A stretch of 63,778 nt of DNA, filler included, from Welwitschia mirabilis (Eukaryota), in NCBI GenBank assembly GCA_051453625.1. It is 4 parts of one record of this genome, joined end to end, with 100 filler letters (N's around TTAATTAATTAA, not from the genome) between each part and the next. Parts side by side here need not be neighbours in the genome. Positions count along the whole stretch, not along the records: positions 1 to 28,810 come from JBOZIK010000001.1; positions 28,911 to 58,468 come from JBOZIK010000001.1; 2 more parts are not named here. One strand, written 5' to 3'. Position numbers and translations under genes: made by a program. Below are positions 27,200-38,899 of this stretch, piece by piece (positions within the stretch are counted from its first letter, which is position 1; each line of letters opens with the position of its first letter). The notes beneath the pieces are model-generated. The model ran no database searches. It had not been told where the DNA came from and worked only from the letters and a program-made list of their open reading frames with translations.

Positions 27200-28200
27200 T
27201 AAACATAAGACTCACTCAAATTCAAATCATTTAGAAGACTATGCATCTCACTTTGAGAGGTTTCAAAAAATAGATTACCACTAGTGATAAGAGTAGCTTT
27301 GATGTGATGAGTATGAGAGTCAAGACAATGCAAAAGGTGAAGGATCTCTGGAGGGTAAGAGGCCTTGATCTTAGACCTAGATGGAGTAGCAGATTCCTTA
27401 AAAATGTGCATCTTGGAAAGAGTGGCATGATCAATTGGCTCCATGGGATTCTAAATCGCTTGTTGAACAAGATTTGGAATGTCAAAGTGATGACAAATCT
27501 ATATGACAAGAAAAGGATATAACAGGGAATGCCTTTTGTAAGACTGAATCTAATTGGCTATATGCTTTAGCATAATACCGAGAGCATCAATGTCAGGTCT
27601 CTGATCCAATGAGTAAAGAAGAAAGATCTAGTAGTTTGAGAGTTTATCTCTGTGCCCAGTAATTAGAAGGAAATTATATGACAGAATCATGTGCAAGAGA
27701 CAAAACCTGGGAAGAACCTGTAAAGCTTTGAGTGTTTTCTTCTAGGTAATAGTAGTACCACATACATGTTGAGTGGTAATGTTCTTTGCTTCAAAGGACT
27801 CATCCATGATCTAATACTTTCTTCATCTTTCTTGAGGTAGCCTAGTGAGGAAATTTATAAGGTCAGTAGTGATGTATATCTCATGGCTAAAAATGGAAGT
27901 AATAAATGTGAAATGTGTAGCATCAAATCTAGTATTGGAATAGAATAACTTGGTAACTAGTGGACAGCATGTGCCTGATACATAGAGGAAGTAGCTTCGA
28001 TTTACTTCCTCAAGAAGAGTCTACATAGCCTTTAGATTATGAAACTAAACAGTTTCATAAGTCCTTTCCAAAGTAATGGGGCTAAACTCAAAATGCTTTT
28101 CAAAGTGATCTATTTACATAGTTCTCATTCTTGAAAAAATTTATCTAGAGGGTTTGATAGCAGACTCCTTTATCCTCTTCCTGGAATCCTCTCCTGACTA
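27200..28200 (-). pseudogene. env-like / extra ORF of the SIRE element, disrupted
   Basis: The minus strand reads HFEKHFEF..CCPLVTKLFYSN..LLHMILSYNFLLITGHRDKLSNY*IFLLYSL..LLYPFLVI*ICHHFDI. These resemble motifs of Sirevirus env-like ORFs (LVREFYAN; LLP..GHRD.VS..D.FLLY; LPYG.LIT.IF.HFGV). It lies between pol and the PPT. Confidence 0.7.
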
Positions 28201-28959
28201 TTAAGAAGCTATTTGAAAGCTAGATCTGAGAAAAAAGTGCCAAAAAGATGAAGAGTTACCCAGAAGAGTTGAGAAAACAATAGAGAAAAGATAAGATAAT
28301 AATATTTGAGGAAAAAAGACGGGTGGATTTTAAAAATCCATAGCGCATCACTTTAAACATGAGTGACTAATTGTCAAGGTTGGTTAACCTACATAAAGCT
28401 TTTAAAACTAAAAATCAAGGTAGCGGTCGACCTTAAAGAAATAAGCAGTCAACCCTAAGAGACTAATATTTTATAAGAAAAATCAAGTGAAAACTAGTCA
28501 ACCTAAATAAAATTTGTGATTGACTTAATATAACCAAAAATTGTTTTGAATGAGGTCGACCTTAGAAAATTTTAAGATCGATCCATTAACTAGAAGATTT
28601 AATAGGAAAATTGAGACTAATCGAGTCAACCCAATGATATGGTTTGGTCAACCTAGAGAAGAGAAAATTCTAATAGTAATAATCTAAAGGAAGGGTGGTT
28701 GTCCCACTTTAGGAAGGACGTTGACCGAGGTTCAAACTGATATCACAAGGAAAATTTTAAACCCATCAGCTAAACTTTATTATTCAGATGAGGCTAGATT
28801 TTTCAAGTCCNNNNNNNNNNNNNNNNNNNNNNNNNNNNNNNNNNNNNNNNNNNNTTAATTAATTAANNNNNNNNNNNNNNNNNNNNNNNNNNNNNNNNNN
28901 NNNNNNNNNNTGGATCAGATTTAGCTTCCTTAAATATCCTTGGTTATACTTAAGATAGT

Positions 28960-31953
28960 AGAGGAATATGAGCACTAAAATTTTTAAGAGAGTTCCTAGT
29001 GATAATACCTTGCTGAACATTTTTAATGATTTAGTCTAAAGGATGATCCTTGAGTTCTTGGATTTCTAGTATTGACTTATCTCTTGAGTTATCTCTATTT
29101 TGGTAGAAATAAGAGGAAGGAACTAAATGTCCATTAGGTTCAAAGGATTTTGAGATATCTAAAACATCATTGATTTTTACATTTATAGATTCTTCTATAT
29201 GAAGGGTATTTTATTAAATACTCTATAAGCTCTACTTAATTGAGAGTACTCCAAAAAAATTCCTTCATCAAATTTAAAATTAAATTTTACTAACTCCTCT
29301 CTATCTCTCAGAATGAAGCACTTACTTCCAAAGGTTTTGAAATAAGATATATTTGGCTTCTTTCCTTTACAAAGTTCATAGGGAGCTTTAGAAGTTCCAG
29401 GCCTTAAATAAACTCTATTTGAAATATGACAAGCCATGTTTACTGATTCAATCCAAAATCATTTTGGAATAGCTGTGTCATTTAACATAACTCTTATCAG
29501 ATCTAGTAAAGTTTTATTTTTTTTCTTTCAGCTATCCATTTTGTTGAGAGGTTTGTAGAGCTGAGAACTCATGGTCAATTCCATTAGAGTTGCAATACAA
29601 TTTGAATCTTTCATTTTCAAAATCTCTACCATGATCACCCCAAATTTTCTTAATTACATATCCCTTTTAAGTTTGGAGTTTCTTGCAAATTCTAACAAAA
29701 TTATCATACTCATTAGATTTTACATGAAGAAAGGCTACCTACGAAAATCTAGAAAAATCATCAACCATAATTTAAAAAAAATATCTTTTTCTAGATAAGC
29801 TTATCATTTAAATAGGGTCAATCAAATCCATATGAATTAAATATAATAGGTTACTAGTAGTAATATCACTAATCCTTTTATGAAATGTTCTGGTTTGTTT
29901 CCCTTTTTGGCACATGTCACATAATTCTTTATAAGTAAAAGAAAGTTTTAGAAGATCCCTGACAATCTCATCATAACATATTTTTTTCAAAATACCATAA
30001 CTAATGTGACCTAAACATTGATGCCAGATGATGTCTTCTTGAATACGAAAAGAGAGACAAGTAGAATTATTTAATTGATTTAAATATTTAACATTTTTGT
30101 GTCTATTTTCTACAAGTAATAGCTGATCCATTTCACCATGTTTTACTGTACACTTATTTTTATAAAAAGATACTTTATGACCTTTATCGCAAATTTGACT
30201 AATGCTTAATAGATTATGCTTTAGCCATTCACAAATAACACATTATAAATATTTGGTAAATTACCTCTACCGATGCTTCCAATGCCTTCAATCTGAGTTC
30301 TTCCATTATCTCTAAAAGTCACTTCTCCTCCATTGTATTTCTTGAATTTGATAAAATTGGACTTATCACCTATTATATGTCTAGAACAACATTCTCAAAA
30401 TACTAGCATGAATGATTAGTTACTTTTAAAACCATTTAAATTAATATGTTTTTGTTTGAGAACTTTTTAATCCACTTCGGGCATTTATTGTTATTTTCTT
30501 ATTGATTAGACTTTGAAGAAAACGTAAATGTAAAACCTAACATGAAGTGAGAAAATCAACTTTTGCGAAAAATATAATAAATCTTAGAATGACATTTTTT
30601 ATTGTAATAATGGCTGGTAATGTTTGCTAAAGAGTATTTTGAGTTCAATTTAGACAAAGATTTGGGATATAAATTATGATAAGAATGAAACATGCTATGG
30701 AAATGTTTGCTAGACACAGTTCCTTTAAGCAGCAGGGAATTTGAGTCAAGTTTATTTTTCAAATCTCTGATTTCCTTTTCTTTAATCTCAATCTTATCTT
30801 ATAGATTTTTGTTTTCTTTCCTCAGATTATTTACTCTATGAGCCAAATTTTGATATTCCATATAAAGTTCCATCTTTATTTCATTTAGTGAATTAATAAA
30901 TAAATTAATGATGGGTGAAGAGCATATCTTTTCATCTATAAAAGCCATGAGAGAGATTTCACCCCATTTTCAATCTGAGTTTTGTTCACTCTCACTTTTT
31001 TCATTGTCCCATGTTGCTGACAAGATTTTCTTTCCTTTTCTTTTATCATTCTTTTTTTTGTTTAGGCTGATACTTGGCATGTGACTAAAACCTTGATAGG
31101 AATATCACTGGATCTCTCATCATCCTTGTTATTTTATTCTTCGTGATCTTCTAGATTGACTTCCATTTTATCGTCACTACCTGAAACATCTAAATCTTTT
31201 AGCTAGAAGAGCCACTTCATCTTCGCTTTCTGGTTCTTTGTCAGATTCATCCTTGTTATTTAGGGTCTCATGAGTAGCTGTCAAAACCAAATTTTTCTTC
31301 TTTTTCTTTTTAAACTTTAGTTTAAATGTATGAATATTTCCTTAGAGTCCATCCATTTTCATGATGTTTAGGTTCTTACTTTCTTCAATGGCCATTACTT
31401 TGGACTTGAATCTTTTTGGTAGAGATCTTAAAGCTTTATGAACTACTCTTGATTCTTCTATAATTTTCAACTAATCCATGCATAAAATTAATAATATCTA
31501 TTAGTTTTATAAAAAATCATTTATACCTTTATATTCTTTTATCTTGAGATCTTTAAACTGGGTGATAAACATCTAAAGCTTAGTCTGCTTTACTAGGCTA
31601 GTTCCTTCATGAACAGTCTGCAAGATATCCTATGTTTCTTTTGCAGTGGTGTAATTAACTACTCTTTTGAAATCTTCAGGACCTATGGCACAAAAAATGG
31701 CATTTAGTCCTTTAAAGTTGCAAGATGCTGCTAACTTTTCATTAGGTATCCATTTGTCCTTTCTCTTCAAAGTAGTTAACTTGGTTAAAGGATCTTACAC
31801 AGTGGGAAGACAATAGCCATTAATAATAGACTCCCATATTTTAAGGTCAATTGATTAAATAAAGACCCTCATTTTTGCCTTCCAATAACCATAGTTGGTT
31901 CCATCAAAGACTTGAGGCCTTATGACAAAATTTCCTTCCAAGGGCTGACTCAT
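28960..31953 (-). pseudogene. Copia gag-protease-integrase (SIRE type), disrupted
   Basis: ATG at 31953: MSQPLEGNFVIRPQVFDGTNYGYWKAKMRVF. Protease-like ..CSRHIIGDKS at ~30360-30410; IWHQCLGHISY..CDMCQKGKQ..LIHMDL (ORF 29808-30131); ACHISNRVYLRP..PYEL.KGKKPNISYFKTFGSKCFIL..SRAYRVFNK (ORF 29195-29437); KDHPLD linker at ~29030. Confidence 0.92.
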
Positions 31954-32004
31954 TTTCTAGGGTAGATTGGAGCATAGATCTATTAGGATTTGTTACTTAA
32001 CCTC

Positions 32005-32016
32005 ACTCTAATACCA
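32005..32016 (-). promoter_or_regulatory. Primer-binding site, tRNA-iMet type
   Basis: Reverse complement TGGTATTAGAGT, adjacent to the 5' LTR. Confidence 0.85.
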
Positions 32017-32018
32017 AT

Positions 32019-33369
32019 TGATAAATACAGATCGACCCTAAAGGGTAGTGAATAGGTCTTAACACCAAAATTCATCCTCTTCAAAACCTGTAAATAAAAA
32101 TCAATTGTACCAACATAAGTGCAAGATATTTTAATGGTGGATAGACATCATCCTTCATCCCCTTAGAACTCCTGTCCCTGGCTGGCATATATTAACCTCG
32201 ATAACTAGTTTGTAGGCTTACCATAAATCTATTCCATCATTAAAGAATTTTTGAGCTAATTCACAACCATAATAGAAAGAAAGTAAGCTGAGTGCACAAA
32301 TGCACAGATATGCTTTCAAGTAGTATAGTAAGCTCTTATAATGAATTGTGCAATAAGGAACTCAAACAGAAATCTGAATTCACAGTTTATTTAGGTACAA
32401 AAATTGATTGATGTGATAGTTTTATTCTTATTTTTGTTTGTGTGAAAAAGGGAAGGCCTTCCTTTTGAGTGGAAGAATGTTTAAATAGATAAATTACACA
32501 AGATAACTATTAAGAGAAGGGAAGTGTACTGTTGTAGAACATTTCACTTTTTTTGGATGAACCGTTAACAACATAATGGTTATATTTGTAATATGTCAAG
32601 TCAACCGCAAAATAATCTTAATCGTCCTAGTATCTGGTTAACCTTATTTATTTACTCCAGTTGCCCTTGTTTGATTCAGATATGTTATAGATTTAAACAG
32701 TAACATTAGGTCGCCCTAAGTTTGTTTATTCGATCGCCCTTATTTGATGCAGATTTCTTAGTCTAGAGTAGATGAACTTTCGGTCACCCTTATGTAAATA
32801 TCTGATTAACCTTAAATAAGTTTCCCTTAATTGATAAACTAGTAAACATTATATAGGTACATTCTGGGCAGTATGTGGTCATCCTTGAATAACTGTTCGG
32901 TTGCCCTTACTATCAGGAGACTGAACTTTATAGATTATAGTACGGTCACCCTTGAATTTTATGAGCGGTCACCTGAGTTTATCTCAGTCTATTACAGAAT
33001 TAAAACTAGGTCGTCCTAGGCATTATACACAATCATCCATGCTGGAACCGGTCTTCTTTTTTATTTAGTATTTAGGCTGCCCTTTAGTTTAATGTTGATC
33101 ACTTGAACCTAAAGAAGTTTATAGTGTTTAATAGTCTGGTCGCTCTATAGTTTATTTTCGGTCACCCAAACCTTAAGTAGTTTATAGTACTTAATAGTCT
33201 GATTGCCCTATAGTTTAATGTCAATCACCCGAACTTGAAGCAGTTTACAATACTTAATAGTCCAGTCACCCAAATGTGTATAGCAATTGTCTGGTTCTAG
33301 AAAATCTCTGTATAATGACTAACTACACAAAAACTCATTAATTTAATCAATGACAATAGGTTCTCAATA
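32019..33369 (-). repeat. 5' LTR of the SIRE element (~1351 bp)
   Basis: Colinear direct repeat of 25558-26907. Confidence 0.93.
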
Positions 33370-35093
33370 GTTAGCATTTACTCTTTAGATTTAACCTTTT
33401 TGAATGGTCATAATTGACCTAGTATTATTTTTTTAACTCTATTTCTAATTATCTTAGGGCTTTTTGATAAGAATTTGTTACTTCATTAAAAATATTTTTC
33501 TTGTTAATGTAATTAATCCATTTTCTTTAAAAAAATTCATTAAGAATGTTTCACTAATTTTTGCCTCTCTCTAAATTTTCTTTTATTTTTCCTTTTTTAT
33601 TCTTAATAATTTAAAGGACATTTTAAATGCTTTTAAAATAAATTCATTTAAAAAATATATATATATACATCCATATCCTTCATTATAGAATTATTTCAAT
33701 GATGAACTTTAAAAAAAATATTTGTAACTTTGAAGTTAGATTTTTATTTTTTACATTTGATTTAGGTATGTTTTTCTTCATCATAACTTTAAGATTTTAA
33801 TTAGCATTGGTAATTGATTATGCTAACATACCTTATTCTAAAAAATGAATAACTAAGAAAACTTTGCTTTACTTGATGTTTTTTCTTCAAATAACATTAC
33901 TTAGGTTTATTCTTGACTTGTTTTTTACTTATACTTTTAGGAACCTTCATACTTATTATATTATTCAATTATTTTTTTTCTTCTTTGGAGAACTATAACA
34001 CTATAAAGCTATGTATAATTTTTAGAGAAGCTTGACCTACTCTACAAAAAGCAAGATATGTGAAAAATGTAGAGTCCAACTAAAAAAGAGGATAACATCA
34101 TTTTGACTAAATAAATTTATATGATTATATAATTATCAGAAACTTGTGACATCTTCAAGGAACCAAAAAAAAATATGGCATCATATTTAATTTTATAATA
34201 AATTCTATTTCTTATTACTAGTTATGTTAAAAGATTCTTATGGAATATATCATTTTAAATATATAAATTTCTAAAAATGCTATTATATATAAATATAATC
34301 TCTACCTTAATATCTACTTTAACTATCTATTTTTAAATATAGAAAAAATGAGAGAACCAAGGAAGATTATAGGGGTTGATAAATTATAGTTTAATAAGCA
34401 TAAATATTATCATAAGAAAAAAGCAAAATGATCTTAGATATGTGAAAGTTTGAAGCAAGGCTGTCCCTAACCATAAACATCATACCTTCATAAACATAAT
34501 TTACAAGCACATTCTAGTAGAGACTATAATATACTTTAACATATGAAAGACCTATGATGTTTCAGAAGCTATTACTAAAAGTATGTAATGTGTAGTAAAT
34601 CCCCTCCGTTGGCCATGTTTCCTTCCTTTTCCTTAATATGATACTAGTAAGGCACTTTAAAATTCTTATCTTCAATAAAACATATAACATCATAAGTTTA
34701 TTAAGAATAAGAATGATTTATTTATTTGTTTGTCAATAATGCACTTCTTTATAAGGAGCATGATATTTTTACTATGATTAATTCTATCCACTTCCACTTT
34801 CATTCATGTTGTATTTATTAAAAAGAAATAAAATTCATAAAAACCATTATTGTATTTTATAGTAAAAATCTTTAATAAGATTATTTTGTACCTTATATTG
34901 TATTATATATTATTTGCCTTAATTATTATGGTTTTTTAAGAAAATAATTATTCATATTTTTAATGTTAATAAATCCATTTTTTAAAGACCTTTTATTAAT
35001 AATGATTTCCTTCTTTCTTAGTAAACATTTTAGGAAACATTTTATTTCACACATGCAAATATAAATACTCATATTTTTTTGTCATAGGATGAT

Positions 35094-35909
35094 TGCAATG
35101 CAAAAATATCCCTAACTCTACTTGCTTTCAGCCTTAACAAAGGTCACCCTAGATAATCTATATCACCCAAGAAATCATTACTAGATCAAGGGCAACATTA
35201 GACTATAAGATCATAAGAAAATCTAACATGCAAACATCAAAAAAAAAAAAGCCAAGATTTATATTAAAAGAGTAACAAGTATCTCGGTTACAAAATAATC
35301 GACTGTCAATAGAAGATACATAGCCTTCCACCAAGTGCACATCTTTTTGCAATGCTCAAGATAGATCGTCTACCCTTTACTCTCCTATCACGAGAATATC
35401 CGGTGCATAGAATATGAGAAGGAGAGTCGAGGGGAATATTATTTATAAGAAAATATAGCAGAAAAGGACAAATAGTAAGTGTGGTTAGGCACACTCATAA
35501 ATGACTTAGAAATGGATGAAATGATTTAGGGAATCTACCTTAGTACATTTGGGCTATTATCTAAATGACCATGAAGATGACAATATATTATAGAATATTC
35601 TCGAAATGATAACTCAATAATCCACATCAGCAGTCATCGTTCTACCTGTTGTTGGGATGATGAAGAGGACGATGGTCTTTTTTGATTATTTTCTTGAGGA
35701 GAAACTTAGTATTTTTATCATGAATCCTTCTTAAAATCTCTGTTCATCAGAAATTGCCTTTGATGCATCAAATTTGGATAAGAATTACACTTTTCCAAGA
35801 TTTCTTCTTGTATCTCTAAAATCCTCAAAATTGTACCTAAACCTATATATAAGTCCTGTAAGACAACTCATAAAATTCCATCAAATAATCATAAATTGGA
35901 AGTGCAACA
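35094..35909 (-). repeat. 3' LTR, lacking the terminal 247 bp
   Basis: Aligns to 42665-43507; there is no counterpart of 42418-42664. Confidence 0.9.
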
Positions 35910-38899
35910 TAGCCCCCTACTTAGCATTTGTCAATCCTTGACTCATAAACACATCACATGGATAGATAACAAGTAATGCATAATGTGTATGAAAATTTTG
36001 AAATTCTTTTGCTATGAAAGCTTTGAATTAAGTTAAAAATTTTTGAAAAATGAGCCATAAAAATGGGTCTTTACCCTCTCTCCCAAAGAAAAAGCAATAT
36101 GTCCCATATTGGAAAATAAAGAAAAGAAAGTAAACAGGAGTGGGAAGATAGGTAATGGAAACAAGGATAATTTTCAAAACAAAGTGCAAAACTAAGTAAT
36201 GTCAGATTTGAAAAATATAAATCAATGAAATAGTCTAATAAAAAGAATGGACAATAAAAATGTTTCATCATGAAAAGCACATGAGCAGCACTTATAACAC
36301 CAAAAATATAAAGAAAATAACACTTATCTAAACAAGAAATTACCTCTTATTGAAAACTAAAACAAGGAAAACATGTTAAGAAAATATAGTAATAACGTTG
36401 AAATAACTAAACAAACTATAAAAGAAAATAAGAAGGATGGGTATAAGATAACATAAATAAAAGATAGGTCACCAATCTAATATTTTAACCTAGCAAATTC
36501 CCAGAAAAGAAATCATAACATCACTTAATGTAAAAAATGTATGACTTTAATGTACAAAAGTTCCATTCGATAAGGCATTAATTATGATTATGCTAGATTA
36601 ATATGCTTTAAATAATTAATGGTTAAACCAAAGAATTGCTTAAAAATGAACTCTCTTACCATCATCTCAAAACAAACATCCAAATCTCAAGAAGTAAATG
36701 ATCATGTAAAAAGACTAAGAGTCTAGGAAATAAGTAATACCTCTGATGATATCAGGAACACCACTGATCCCATAGCCTTAAAGTTTAAATACAATTTTAT
36801 TATCCATGATGAGAGGAGTGTAACCACAGTCAAAGAAGTAAGGACCTACGAAGCATGACCAGCTAACCTTCCAGTGGAGTACCCACAGCTACCATATTAT
36901 AATCCTAAAGGCTCTTCTCAAAAATATTTGACCCAGTGTACTTATGATAGGACATCACAATTACCATGTTTTGAGATATCATAAATATAAAACATCATGT
37001 TCTTTATTTCAATTTTTTTTTACAATAANNNNNNNNNNNNNNNNNNNNNNNNNNNNNNNNNNNNNNNNNNNNNNNNNNNNNNNNNNNNNNNNNNNNNNNN
37101 NNNNNNNNNNNNNNNNNNNNNNNNNNNNNNNNNNNNNNNNNNNNNNNNNNNNNNNNNNNNNNNNNNNNNNNNNNNNNNNNNNNNNNNNNNNNNNNNNNNN
37201 NNNNNNNNNNNNTTTTACCACTAAAATTGCCAACTCAAAAGATTAGTCATTGAAATAAATACATAAGTCATAATAATCTTTCAAAGGAAAAGGCTAAGAG
37301 AAAATTTAGATGGTTTACTCATGAAATTCCAATTTTTGTCCATTTACTTCCTACAATTCTCAAGCAGTCAAGTCAGAAATCTTAACAGAGCTATAAAAAT
37401 GTATTTTAAATAATAAAAAATAAAAATCAACATTTTATTGATTGTCATCCTGCTCGTCGTCCAGACAACAGAGAGGACGACAGAGATAGAGAAACAAAAA
37501 ATTCTTAGAAAAGATAGAAATTTATTAAAAATCTAAAAAATCAACAAAACTAACTATCATCCATCTTGTCTTAGGAACAATAGGAGAGACAACAGATTAT
37601 TATTAGAGAAATAGAAAACAGAGACTGCAAATAAAAACAAAAATAGAAATCAGAAAATGAAATTTGAGACTATCAAAATAGAAAACTGAAAGGAAAATAA
37701 GCAAGAAAATTTTATTTAAAATCCTAAATCTAAAAACACACTCTTTATTAAAAATAAAGAAAGGAAAATCAAGGATCTATTGTGTTCTCAAGTTTNNNNN
37801 NNNNNNNNNNNNNNNNNNNNNNNNNNNNNNNNNNNNNNNNNNNNNNNNNNNNNNNNNNNNNNNNNNNNNNNNNNNNNNNNNNNNNNNNNNNNNNNNNNNN
37901 NNNNNNNNNNNNNNNNNNNNNNNNNNNNNNNNNNNNNNNNNNNNNNNNNNNNNNNNNNNNNNNNNNNNNNNNNNNNNNNNNNNNNNNNNNNNNNNNNNNN
38001 NNNNNNNNNNNNNNNNNNNNNNNNNNNNNNNNNNNNNNNNNNNNNNNNNNNNNNNNNNNNNNNNNNNNNNNNNNNNNNNNNNNNNNNNNNNNNNNNNNNN
38101 NNNNNNNNNNNNNNNNNNNNNNNNNNNNNNNNNNNNNNNNNNNNNNNNNNNNNNNNNNNNNNNNNNNNNNNNNNNNNNNNNNNNNNNNNNNNNNNNNNNN
38201 NNNNNNNNNNNNNNNNNNNNNNNNNNNNNNNNNNNNNNNNNNNNNNNNNNNNNNNNNNNNNNNNNNNNNNNNNNNNNNNNNNNNNNNNNNNNNNNNNNNN
38301 NNNNNNNNNNNNNNNNNNNNNNNNNNNNNNNNNNNNNNNNNNNNNNNNNNNNNNNNNNNNNNNNNNNNNNNNNNNNNNNNNNNNNNNNNNNNNNNNNNNN
38401 NNNNNNNNNNNNNNNNNNNNNNNNNNNNNNNNNNNNNNNNNNNNNNNNNNNNNNNNNNNNNNNNNNNNNNNNNNNNNNNNNNNNNNNNNNNNNNNNNNNN
38501 NNNNNNNNNNNNNNNNNNNNNNNNNNNNNNNNNNNNNNNNNNNNNNNNNNNNNNNNNNNNNNNNNNNNNNNNNNNNNNNNNNNNNNNNNNNNNNNNNNNN
38601 NNNNNNNNNNNNNNNNNNNNNNNNNNNNNNNNNNNNNNNNNNNNNNNNNNNNNNNNGAGAGAAATGGTAACTTTGGTAAAAAATTTTCATGAAATGCAAG
38701 AATTTTACCTTCAAGTTTATTGAAAACATTTTTCTTTTTCAATTTATGATTTTTAATTTTTGGCTTATGAAATGGACAATCTCCCTCTTAATTTTTCTTA
38801 AAAAGTTGGACTTTATTATACTCAAAAGGTTTTATTTCTTTTTCATTCTTAAGTTGTTCATTATAAAGCATATGCTTATTTGTTTTCATCTCTCTTTTT

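Larger units (their letters stand above)
25558..33369 (-). mobile_element. SIRE/Sirevirus-type Ty1/Copia retrotransposon with env-like ORF
   Basis: LTRs at 25558-26907 and 32019-33369, TSD GTTAG at 25553-25557 and 33370-33374, Met PBS at 32005-32016. The LTR end carries the SIRE-like TATTCACCCCCCTTTAGG motif. Multiple PPT-like tracts; gag, protease, integrase and env-like remnants. Confidence 0.93.

Noticed and set aside
28855..28866. TTAATTAATTAA embedded in N runs (also 58513-58524 and 61584-61595)
   Set aside because: An identical 12-mer centred in ~100-bp N blocks with stops in all six frames: an artificial scaffold spacer, not biology.
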